A stretch of 61,627 nt of DNA, counting the filler, from Porpidia crustulata (lineage: Eukaryota), in NCBI GenBank assembly GCA_964255105.1. It is 12 parts of 12 records of this genome, joined end to end, with 100 filler letters (N's around TTAATTAATTAA, not from the genome) between each part and the next. Parts side by side here need not be neighbours in the genome. Positions count along the whole stretch, not along the records: positions 20,647 to 25,691 come from CAXUWE010001922.1; positions 25,792 to 30,833 come from CAXUWE010001923.1; positions 30,934 to 35,974 come from CAXUWE010001924.1; 9 more parts are not named here. One strand, written 5' to 3'. Under the pieces are notes generated by a model. That model was not told the origin of the DNA. It searched no databases and was given only the letters and a program-made list of their open reading frames with translations. Positions within the stretch are counted from its first letter, which is position 1; each line of letters begins with the position of its first letter. Position numbers and translations under genes: made by a program. Shown here one piece after another: positions 22,091-32,648 of the stretch.

Positions 22091-23299
22091 ATGGAATCCT
22101 CGAAGTTTATTCCTCAATTGAAAGATATGACTGTGGACAGCATCACAGAAAATACGATCGGTACAAATTCTCAATGTCCCGACCCTCGTATGAAATACGT
22201 TCTTGAAAGGCTTGTCAGCCACCTCCATGACTTTGCTCGAGAGACCCGCCTTAGTACCAAGGAATGGGAGGCCGGCTACAAATTTCTCACCGCTGTGGGC
22301 CAGATCTGTTCCGACGTTCGACAGGTAAGCCATGCATGATTGAAACTGAAGTACTTCTCTTTGATATCACCCACGAGTCATTGAGAAAATATCTGGTTGG
22401 ACCATCTGCAGACGATCACATATCTAAGTCCCTGTCTAGGAGTTCATCATCCTTTCCGACATCCTTGGTCTGTCTATGTTAGTCGACTCCATCGACCACC
22501 CTAAACCCCCCCATTCAACTGAAGGCTCGGTCCTCGGCCCCTTCCACACTCATGAAGCCCAGGAAATTACGAATGGCGACTCAATGTCCCATGATTCCAA
22601 TGGTCAACCACTCCTTGTCCTCTGCTCCATCAAAGACTCCCGCGGCAAGCCGATTCCAGGTGTCAAGATCGACATTTGGGAAACTGACTCAGCCGGTCGC
22701 TACGACGTTCAGAATCCTGATCGCGAAGGTCCTGACGGACGATGCGTTATGCATAGTGACGAGTTTGGGAAATTCTGGTTCAAAGCAGTCAAGCCCGTCT
22801 CATATCCGATCCCACACGATGGCCCAGTCGGAAAGCTCTTATTCAAGTTACACAGGCATCCATATAGACCAGCACATATGCATTTCATGTTTGAAAAGCC
22901 AGGCTATGACCATCTGATCACGTAAGTCTGCAGACAGCTCAGCTCAGCAATAGCTGCCAACAATGTCTACACCTTTTTTGAGAGGTGGGAATAGCTTATC
23001 GACGTACCGCTAATACCTAATACTCAAGAGCGCTCTACCCCTGCGACGATCCTTACAAAGATTCTGATGCCGTCTTCGGTGTCAAGTCCTCCCTTGTCGT
23101 TGACATAGTCCCACTCCCTTCAGAGCTCGCCACCCAATACTCTACGTCTCCTGACTCTCTCCTACTTGAGTACGACTTTGTGTTGGTATCGGATCAGGAA
23201 GCTAGCGACTTGAGGGATCAGAAGAGTAGAAAGGCCTTAGAGGAGTTGGGGAAAAAAGTCAAGATCGTTGAAGGATTGCCGGTTCCAGATGTGGATTAA
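22091..23299 (+). CDS. Intradiol ring-cleavage dioxygenase (hydroxyquinol/catechol 1,2-dioxygenase), 2 introns
   Basis: HLHDFARETRL..EW, RQ/EFIILSDILG, TEGSVLGPFH, GRYD, SYPIPHDGPVG, RPAHMHF (Tyr/Tyr/His/His Fe ligands), DAVFGVK, VPDVD stop. Confidence 0.94.
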
Positions 23300-24022
23300 G
23301 GTCTCGAGATGATGAGAATGCACAAATATCGACTAGGGATGGATGAGGAGGTAGAAGATTCGCTCATTACATTTGGCACATCCTTGATCACCAGATCCAT
23401 GCTCTACCTTACGCCAAATCACATTCCACGTAATAACGCGTTTAACAAGGTGTGCAAGAATCAATAAATTTACAACAATCGAACCGCCGAGGCGCTCGTC
23501 TTCGTCTCGCACCTCCTAACTCTTCTAATTTCTGATCCTTGATCAGCTTCGCTCGTCATTTCGATGACTATTCCCAGATATCCATCGTGTCTTATTCTTG
23601 CCCCTCTGCAAACACTTTCTACGCGTGTGCCGCAAAACGCAAGGGGGTGTCTTGCTATCGAAATGGGGTGTCCTTCTACCGTGTCCCTAAATTTATGAAA
23701 TATGTCATAAATGATAAATCGACAGAGCGGATCTGTGATTGTTTTTCTTTGCATGTTGTAGACTGCCGTCGGTTCGCGCACCAGTCTTTCTTTCAACTTC
23801 TTTCGTGATTCAAGGAGTATGAAAAGGAAGAGAAAAGGAGGTGGTTCACACGAGGCATGGACCTGTGGATTTCTTGAAGTTTATCATTTACTCAATAATT
23901 GCTAACCTTCAGACAGTCGCAATTGGCAAACATAGCGGTGCCCGTCGAGGTGAGCTTGACATTAGAGCACTTGGAATCATCATGATGTTAGATCGACTTG
24001 CTGATAGGGGCTCCAATTGTAG

Positions 24023-25303
24023 AAACTCCCTGCAAAGAGTGCAGAAGCCACTACAACTACAGCAGATCCTGAGCTACTGGTGTGCTACGATACACCGTCA
24101 TCGGCTTGGACCAGACAGCCTCTCACAGAGGCCAATCTTCGTAGATTTGAGGAAGCGTACAGCGGCAGTAGTATGGATGAACTTCAAGCAGACTCAAGGG
24201 CCTCGGCTTCTACTGCGGAATCGAAAGCAAGCTCGAAATTGAGCACTCACAACATTCAAAGCTTAAAGGACGCTCTTAGCTGTAATAGGCTTTTCATTCG
24301 AGACATTGAAGCCAGGAAGGCATACCCAGAGGTGGTTGACTTGGCCCAGACACTTGTGAGGAACAAAAGACGCTCGGAGATCGACGAAGAATCTCAGCAA
24401 CTAGCCTATGAAGATCAGCTATACAATTCCTACGCCAATAAAGCTACATTTGTCTATGAGGTGTGGAAATACATGCATCAGGATCATCGCGATAAGCGGA
24501 TCTCGGGAAATCCTGGCTCTGACATTGACGACGCGGATTGGACAACTACGTATTGGGTAAAGGATGAACTCGCCTCGAGATGCGATTATGAATTCCGACG
24601 TGAGTCGACACCACATTTGGAGAACTTAACTACCTCACTGGTCAAACTCTTAAATGTCACACCGAGAACTGCGAACCCGAAACCTGATCTGGTGAACGGA
24701 ATCAAGACCAAAGCTTTCACAAGGGCAGAAATGGATATCGGCAACATGCACCGAGCTTTCTTGGAATCAATCCCCGGCATCATATGCCCCTTCTTCGCCG
24801 CCGAATTCAAAGGCGCCAACGGCAGCATCCAAGAAGCCGAGCTACAAGCTTGCCGGACCGGCGCCACCATGGTCAACGGCGCACGCGAGCTCAGCAAACT
24901 CGCCGGCGTCGCGCGCACCGACATCGGCGCCGACCAAACCTCGTTCGCCTTTACCCTGGCCATGATCACCACGAACGCCCAGCTCTACGTGCACTGGACC
25001 GAGGTCGTCCCCGACCAGCAAACCGTCTACCACATGCATATGGTCGGGCAGTACCACCTCGCGGCCGCCGACACCTACCCACGGATCCGCGCGCATCTGA
25101 ACAATATCCTGGACTGGGGCCTTTCGCAACGCTTGGCGCAGGTCAAGGAGATGTTTCGGCGCATCGATGCAAAGAATCGGCTGCTTCCGCTTCCGCCCTT
25201 CGCGAATTGGAGAATCGAGGCGCAGACGAACAAGATTGGACGGAGTGGGAGCGCGCCGCAGGGTGTGGGGGACAACGATGAGGAGCAAGGATCGGCTAGT
25301 TGA
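24023..25303 (+). CDS. Fungal uncharacterised protein with PD-(D/E)XK-like motifs (DUF7924-like); upstream exons unresolved
   Basis: Long ORF; PKPDLVNG..PFFAAEFKG..EAELQACRTGATMV, AQLYVHW, YHMH, NNILDWG..RL. Confidence 0.72.
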   Translation, partial: KLPAKSAEATTTTADPELLVCYDTPSSAWTRQPLTEANLRRFEEAYSGSSMDELQADSRASASTAESKASSKLSTHNIQSLKDALSCNRLFIRDIEARKAYPEVVDLAQTLVRNKRRSEIDEESQQLAYEDQLYNSYANKATFVYEVWKYMHQDHRDKRISGNPGSDIDDADWTTTYWVKDELASRCDYEFRRESTPHLENLTTSLVKLLNVTPRTANPKPDLVNGIKTKAFTRAEMDIGNMHRAFLESIPGIICPFFAAEFKGANGSIQEAELQACRTGATMVNGARELSKLAGVARTDIGADQTSFAFTLAMITTNAQLYVHWTEVVPDQQTVYHMHMVGQYHLAAADTYPRIRAHLNNILDWGLSQRLAQVKEMFRRIDAKNRLLPLPPFANWRIEAQTNKIGRSGSAPQGVGDNDEEQGSAS

Positions 25304-25691
25304 GCAGCAGAATGATGGGAATAAATTCGCAAAGGGCCCGGATACAGAAAAGGATAGGCTACGATACAGACGACCCGGGCCAAGAACATTTCGTTTTCTT
25401 TGTCTCTTTCAATCAATCAAGCGCCGCAATGCAAGGGAGGCATTGAAATCGATCGACCCAGCCCCAACATTCGACATCTTCTCATGCTCATTTTCATCTT
25501 TTTTTCTTCCTCGTTCTTTCACTAAAGCGTCGAAACGAACAGGCCACGGAATTAATTGCGGGATGAGTATAATATATCTCGTCTTTGTTTCGTGATTTTA
25601 TTTTCTAGGGAAAGGGTTATTGATATTTTCTTGTTGGATGTACATGTGTTTTTGGAATGATATTGGAATACCATCGCCTCCCCCATCATCC

Positions 25692-25791
25692 NNNNNNNNN
25701 NNNNNNNNNNNNNNNNNNNNNNNNNNNNNNNNNNNTTAATTAATTAANNNNNNNNNNNNNNNNNNNNNNNNNNNNNNNNNNNNNNNNNNNN
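25692..25791. other. Artificial contig linker 5
   Basis: N44-TTAATTAATTAA-N44. Confidence 0.98.
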
Positions 25792-28700
25792 CTCATACTC
25801 CTCCCCCTTCCCATACGTCCGCGTCGGCTCCTCGCGCTCATAGCCACCGGATCCAAATCCGCCAGGCATGGATTCCTCTTCCCGTCGCTCGTAGGCCGGT
25901 TCCTCGCGCCCGTAGCCGCCGGACATAGATTCCTGGCGCGCGGATTCGTATCTCGCCCCGCCGCCGCCGCCGTACGAAGGGGTTTCGTAAGCGGGCTCCT
26001 GCTGGAAGCGGCCGGGCGCTTGACCGTACTCCTCCTGGCGTCCGGTGTAGCTTTCGCCGCCATACTCCTGTCGGCGGCCGCCGTAGCTCTGAGATTCTTC
26101 GGGATACGTGCGCTGCGGAGCGCCGTATCCGGTGTTTTGCGCGCGGTAGGGTGTTTCGCCGTCGTTGGAGGAGCCGGAGTCGCGTTTGCCGTGCTTCTTG
26201 TACTTTTTCTGTTTCTTATAGCCGTCGTCGGAGTCGCTGTCGGACTGCTTACCATAACTGGAATGGTGTTTTTCCTCCTTAAAGAATTCGCCGTGCTTGT
26301 CTTTGCCCTGCCTCTGGACCTCGGACTGCCATGACCCGTCCGGTCCTTCAAACCTCGTTTCTGTCTTTTGCTCGTACCCGCCTCCATACATGGGTCTTTC
26401 CTCCTGGACCACCTGCTCCCCATACGCACCGTATCCCGTGCGCCCCGACTGGTCATCTTGCTGGTACCGCTGGTATTCCTGTCGCTGACCTCCTCCGGGG
26501 AACTGTGTCTGGCTATACTCTGCCTGCCCATAGCGGTACTGCTCATTACCGTACTGAGGCTGGGCGTAGCCAGTCTCTGTGACGGATTGCGTGAACGAGC
26601 CATCAGGCCCGTAGTTCTGTTTCTGATACCCCTGTTTCTTTTCCGCCGTAGAGCCGCCAAAGGCATCACCGAGGAGGTCACCGCCCAGGCCGCCTACCAG
26701 ACCACCTACGATACCACCAAAGGCACCTCCACCGACTGTCGCAGCAGCGCTATTTCCGAAACCCCCAGATGTGCCCATACCGGCGTTACCGCCGCTGACA
26801 GAGTAACTGGAGGATTCCCCACCGCCTAAGGCAGATGTGAGCCCGCCAAGGATTGCAGCCGGGGCGAGACCCCCGATGGCACCAGAGCTTTCTGCGGTTT
26901 TGGAGGTGGGCATGCCAAGGGATTTGCCGCAGCCATGGCCGCTGTCTACAACACCTTCCTTGTGGTTGCGGCCTTGTTCAACACCTTCACGGCTGAGCTG
27001 GTCTCGCATGAATGCACGTTCGCGCTCATCCTTGGAGGACCACCACTGCTGGACTACGCCAAACATCAAGCGGCGACCATCTACAGCTCCGTCGTCGCCA
27101 TAGTCGCGGAGGGCGGGGTGGTGGAAGACGCCGTTGATTACTCGGCTCAGAGTTCGATTCACATCAATACGTTCGTCGTCCCAGCAGCCAATCAGTTGGG
27201 GGACAACCCATTTGAGGACTTGGCTGGCAACCTTTCCGGCGGGCTCATTGAGGATATTGGAGAAGTGATCTTTCGAGAGCATTGAATGCGTCGGATTGGT
27301 GGAACGGTCATCATGAAACTCGACCAATTGTTTGTCTTTGCTGCTTTGAATAATCTCGGACGAGCCTGTAGCAAGTTCGGTTTTGACTTGGTTGATGATT
27401 GGGACGACGAAGGGTGCAAGAAGGCTGAAGACAAAAATGTTAATTTGATCTGTGAGTTCTTAGTTAAAAGATTCTGAGTAAGACTGGTATTGAAATCTCA
27501 TTACCTTCCAGCTGTTCAATCAGGTCAGGGAGTATTGGTATTTTCTCAATTGCCTCCGTAATTGATTGCATAATCTCGTCATGCCATTCAATGATTGGCA
27601 TAATCTGTTTTGATACCTCCTGCAATTGCCGAGTCCACGCCTCCGGCTGTTTAGGACTGATGTTCATGTTCTGCATTTGAGCGGCTTGCGCGCTTGCTTG
27701 AAGCTCATCAGCCTTGCCAGCCTGATCTTTTCCTCCAAACAAGCCAGCTGGAACCTGGCTTAAGAGGTCCTGTAGAAGACTAGGATTTGTTACGCCACTG
27801 TTTTGCATAGTGCCTTCTAGCTCTTGAATCTCAGATTGCGTGGCCTTATCTGAGAATTCACCCATGACACTGTGGAGGAAATCAACACCGCCGAATGTCC
27901 CAGTAATTATGGGAAAGACTGCTTGGCGCGCTCCAGGGAGATTCATCTGTGTCTGCCTGCCAACATGGGGAAACACTCCGCGCTCGCCAAGCTCAACGAG
28001 AGCAAGCTCGGTGTAATTTGAGTGAGCTGAGTAATCTTCAAGGCAGTGGCATCCAGTTCCCAGCAGGCGTAACGCCTCGTAGAGATCCGCTTGATTGCGA
28101 GACCGAGCATATTGACGACCAAGTTGGATGCTTCGACCAAAGAGATTACGAACCAAACCTGCCGAGGTGGTTATGCCAATATTTTCGGTGGCTATGTAGT
28201 TCTTTAGACCTGTCTGGGGGTTGATGGCAAGCTCTTTAAGCTCATCCACAGGCCCCCGCAACCTCCTATCGTACTGGCGTGCATCGACATTGTCAGCATA
28301 CTAGGATATTGTCAGCGAGACTGTCCCCTGATTTCCGATTGAGAGGCATGCATCTTTCGGATTGTCAATATGCTCTTCTGGTCTGTAGCAGCCCAATCGG
28401 TCCGTCGTGACTTCGAATTCTTTTGTACCATAGCCAAAACTCATGAAACCAAGTCTGGTCATTTTAGCATGACTATTTCCTGGTCTCTAGAATGCGATAT
28501 ACCTACACCCATAAGATAATCCTGATGGCCTCAGCACTGACATATTTGACGGTCCCAACATCTACAGCCTGGGAGTAATCACGAAGCCAATTACCAAAAT
28601 ACACGCGTTTGACGTCGAGTTTACCAAACTTCACGCCGCCAGCAGCGCGAGACATGAGTAAAGTGAGCAAGGTATCTTCAATGTCGCCATGTCGCCAGTT

Positions 28701-28879
28701 TTGGCCTTCAATGCGAGCAGTAGAGGCTAAGTCGCAGATTAGCAACTGGATGCTTGCTGTCCACGAGAAAGCTCATTACCGATGTTTCCAGCTCCAAAAG
28801 CTAGCGCAGGCGAAGACAGACACGCAAATACGATGACAGTAGATAGGCACAACCCGAACGATGGGGCAAAGGCTGGCAT
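25792..28879 (-). CDS. Het-C domain protein (TinC/het-c2-like paralog) with signal peptide and G/Y/Q-rich tail; 3' end cut
   Basis: AFGAGNI, EGQNWRHGDIED, YFGNWLRDYSQAVDVG, LGCYRPEEHIDNPK, HCLEDYSAHSNY, TGTFGGVDF, PTHSMLSKDHFSNILNEPAG. Confidence 0.93.
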
Positions 28880-29718
28880 TGTGAGATAAGGCCGAGAACG
28901 AAAGTGCGAATTATGGGGTGACAGGGTAGGAATGGAAAATAATTCAACGCAGTTGACTTTGAAACTACGAAGGAGCAAACATTGGTGGGGTGATTTTTAT
29001 ATACGTATTGTAATCTAACTATGTGGGGTCGGAGCAGGCTCTACAAAGTCAATCGATTGTCTGTATTGGCCAAAAGATCTAAGTTTCACGTCTAACAAGC
29101 AGAATTGCTTAGTAGGGGACTCCGCCTAATCTGCTTCAAAACATAGAGCTGCAAGTAATTGCCCTGCCCAATCGATGGCGATGAGTCTCTCACGGCTGCA
29201 TATACTTTCCCCAAGATGGAGACCTTGACGCTACGTCGCTCAATACTAGATCTCGACCGATCCGTTAGGCAGCGTTGCCATTTGTCATGCCCCTACCACA
29301 GGGCAAACCCTTTTGTATTGGAGCGTCTAGGTGCCTGAAATAGCACAAACATTTTGTGGTCCAGTTCCTCCAAGCTGTAGGTCCCCACAGATTCATGATA
29401 GTGATATCGTGTGTCATAATCTATCTTCTTCCTCTATCGTCTATACTCCTGGGAGTCGCTGGGCTTCGATGCTTATGAACGACTCAATGTACTGGTGTTC
29501 AGGAACTCCGTTTTCATCAAATATGCTCTCCAACAGCAATTTCCCTTCCCGTTATCCTAATCTCTTGAATTCAACCTTTTGAGTACCGAAGGCGGACCAG
29601 CCATTCAGCTCGCACGCACGCGATACGTTTTGAGCCTCAAAGCCTCGCCTAGAACCTGCTGATGGGGCTTGTTTACATCATAAACCTTCTCCCTCCAGTT
29701 GCACTTTGCGGTGGGCAT

Positions 29719-30573
29719 CTAATCTATCGTAGACTTAAATCCTGTGTATGCTCCTTCAATATCAAATGACAATTCACGTGCCTCCTCTTCTGCCAATTCT
29801 TCTGTTGCCCTCATTCCGTTAAGTCGTATCAACCAACTGATAATCTTGCCCCTATTCCCGAAGTCGGTGTCCGTTACTTGGTTCACTGATTGTATCACAT
29901 CGGATAATAATGGGTGTAGTGTATCTTTGGATAGCATTCCCAACTTCAGAGCATCGAGAAAGGTAATGAAATTCTCAGTTGCACGAAGAATTTGCGAACC
30001 AGATGCCAAAGGTCGCGCCTGTGTTGTGTGATTCGCAGACGTGGGGTGCGCATGGGAGGGATCGGCAACAGTGGCTGGAAGATTGATTCTTAAACGTTCA
30101 GTAGCTCGAGGGCAATCAATCTGCTTCAATCAATTAAGATACCGTGGCAGCATATCATGGACAGTATGGAACACTTCGTACATCCCAATTGCGTTTGAAG
30201 GTCTCCAAATCCTCAAAATCCCGTGCAACTGTCTCGTCGCTCAAATTCGACTTGTATTGCTTCAGAAGTCGGCTACATATTTCGGTATATTCTGATTCTG
30301 GTATAGAATCCTTTATATAAGCTTTCTCGAGGCCGTCGAGTGTGATGATGATACTGTAGATCTCCGCAAGTGAGTCGTAGAGATCACGTTCTACGGCGCT
30401 GTTCGAGAGCTTGACTTCCTAAACGCCGGTGTTATCCTATAACACCATTGCCAGTCTACGGTGGTTTGCCATTGAAATACCTCATCAAGATTTATAGTGG
30501 CGCCTAGGGCCGGGTTAGGCATATAGCTGTATGGTGTTGGGGCATACGGAAGCTGCCTTGTTGAGTTGAGCAT
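29719..30573 (-). CDS. VPS28: ESCRT-I subunit Vps28, with introns
   Basis: INLDE/EVKL..ERDLYDSLAEIYSIIITLDGLEKAYIKD, CPRATERL, ATENFITFLDALKL..KDTLHPLL. Confidence 0.95.
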
Positions 30574-30833
30574 CTTGCCAGCTTATTACACTAGTTCCGG
30601 ACAGAATCATAATTTATGCCGTACATGCACATTCAACAGAAGGTCTGACTATTGCAAAGCAGCAGCGATATGTTAGTAGGGTGATGGAGCATGACGTTTG
30701 GGCTCCGAGCTCAGCCTAGCTAGCCCTAAGCCCATGCCCTAATCTGATTTTGATTGTGTCCTGGCACGCCTAGGCAACTGTTACGATCAGACCTTCCCCA
30801 ATATCCCCAGCAGCCCACCGGATCAAGGTGGTG

Positions 30834-30933
30834 NNNNNNNNNNNNNNNNNNNNNNNNNNNNNNNNNNNNNNNNNNNNTTAATTAATTAANNNNNNNNNNN
30901 NNNNNNNNNNNNNNNNNNNNNNNNNNNNNNNNN
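30834..30933. other. Artificial contig linker 6
   Basis: N44-TTAATTAATTAA-N44. Confidence 0.98.
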
Positions 30934-32390
30934 CTCTCACGCGGTCCATGTTGCTCAATGCCGCTTCGCCCCTATCTAGCAAACTGCCCGTGCCGACGCT
31001 TTCGCCGCCACCGTCCTCGTCGCCGTTCTCGGAGAGGGGCGGCTCATAGGATTCTTCTTCTTCGAGGAGTTGGGGGTGTGCGCTTAGGGATGGGTAGCAG
31101 GATGCGCAGCGGCAGAAGTGGGTGCGGAAGTCTTCGCGGAGGAAGAGGGAGAAGGAGCCCAAAAGGGCAGAGGGGAGGGATTCGTGGTGAGGAGCGTTAG
31201 GGATGGGGGAGAGTTTGGATCTTTTCACTTCGGCGGATTCGGTAGGTGAGGAGGGTTCCGGAACCGATGGAGAAGAGGGTTCGAGTTTACGCTTTTTGGG
31301 ATTTTGAGAGTCGGTGGACGTTGGCGTGATTGACGGGGGCATGGATGTTGTCTCGTCGCGCTCAATTTGCTGCTTCTCGATTGGCTCCCCTTTCACGTCA
31401 TTGTTCGTGCCGTTGTTGTATACTGGGGGCAAAAAGCCTTCGGTTCCCGCATAGCGTTTGATCCATGGAACGGCATTTATGCATTTGTAGCAGATGAAGG
31501 TCTCAAAGTCGTCTTCGTGAGGAAAGCCAGGTGCCGATGTTAGGCCTGGCTGCGTATGTCCTTGGTGGTCGGCTTCCGGATCGTTTTCTCTTTGTGCTTC
31601 GCTGGGCGTTTCATCTGATTTCACCGCGGCTTTTATTCTCCGTGCACCACGTCCTGGGCCTATCAGGCATTCAGGGTGCCACCAATCCTCACCACAGCCA
31701 CCGTCCTTTTCTTCAGCAAGGCCAAGACACTGGAACATCGTTCCCTTTTCCTCGTCTGCATTGTAGACTTCTCCGCAGCCACAAAATCGATTTTGGAAAT
31801 TCTGGTTATAAGTATTTCCGTGTGCCGCCTTTTCCGAATGGACTGGGCCTTTTATCCCGGTTGCGGGATCAATCCTCAAGGTACATGGTGATGTTGATGG
31901 CATTCGCGTAGTCCCACAATCACAAGTAAAGTTACGCCTATTGAAGAGCTCGACCAGAGTATGCTCGCCATGGCAGGCAATCGAGCAGGAGTAACAGATC
32001 GCGGCGGGGATGTAAGAATCGGATGGTGATTTGGGCGGCGGTTTACAGGTCAAACAAGAGAACAGGTTCTGGCGGAGAGGACCAAGAAGATTGGTGCAAT
32101 GATCGAAAGCCTGGGAGAAGTCAGGATCACCGTAAGTGAGCGAAGATTAAGCGTACAAAGGGGAGAGCTTCGCGCGCATCGGCTTCGAGCTGCAGTTGGC
32201 TGTCAATAAACCTAAAAGATTACAAGTCAGTAATTGCAAATTCAAGAGTCCAAAGTAGAAAACGCGCTGAGGTAGCCGTCACATACTCGGCGGCAGTCTG
32301 GGAGGTTTCCGAGGGTTGAGAGAGGCTGGCATTGTCGACCAGCGGCTTATCTGCTCCATTCACAACAGTCTCCATGTTTACCGAAGTCAT
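30934..32390 (-). CDS. UBR-type zinc finger E3 ligase (UBR7/Mlo2-like); 3' end cut
   Basis: SQTAAE/FIDSQLQLEADAREALP, LGPLRQNLFSCLTC, CYSCSIACHGEHTLVELF..RNFTCDCG, YNQNF..FCGC, EDWWHPEC, FCRCASC. Confidence 0.92.
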
Positions 32391-32488
32391 GTCCAAAGTC
32401 ACGACCTCGATGTTGTTCAGATGCGCCAAGAGCGCAAGGCTGCTGTTCCTTGCTCAAGGTAAGGTTACAGGTCTCCGTACTAAAGTGG

Positions 32489-32524
32489 TTTCGCGACAAG
32501 AACGCGCTGCTCACGCGCTACGCG
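32489..32524. promoter_or_regulatory. Cluster of MCB/SCB-like G1/S elements in the UBR7-MCM2 divergent promoter
   Basis: TTTCGCG (CGCGAAA on minus strand) at 32489, ACGCG at 32502, 32513 and 32520. Confidence 0.6.
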
Positions 32525-32648
32525 ACTATCTCCAACCCCTCGGAGCATACACCTTCACAAAGACAACATTTCGTAGGCGTTGCCTGTTTTGGAGGTTTGG
32601 TGTTGAATCCAGCATATCAGTTGTATCATTGAAATAATTAGAATTAGT

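Noticed and set aside
25740..27285. Long alternate-frame and antisense ORFs over Het-C (also over MCM2 and the permease)
   Set aside because: Shadow ORFs of GC-rich coding sequence.
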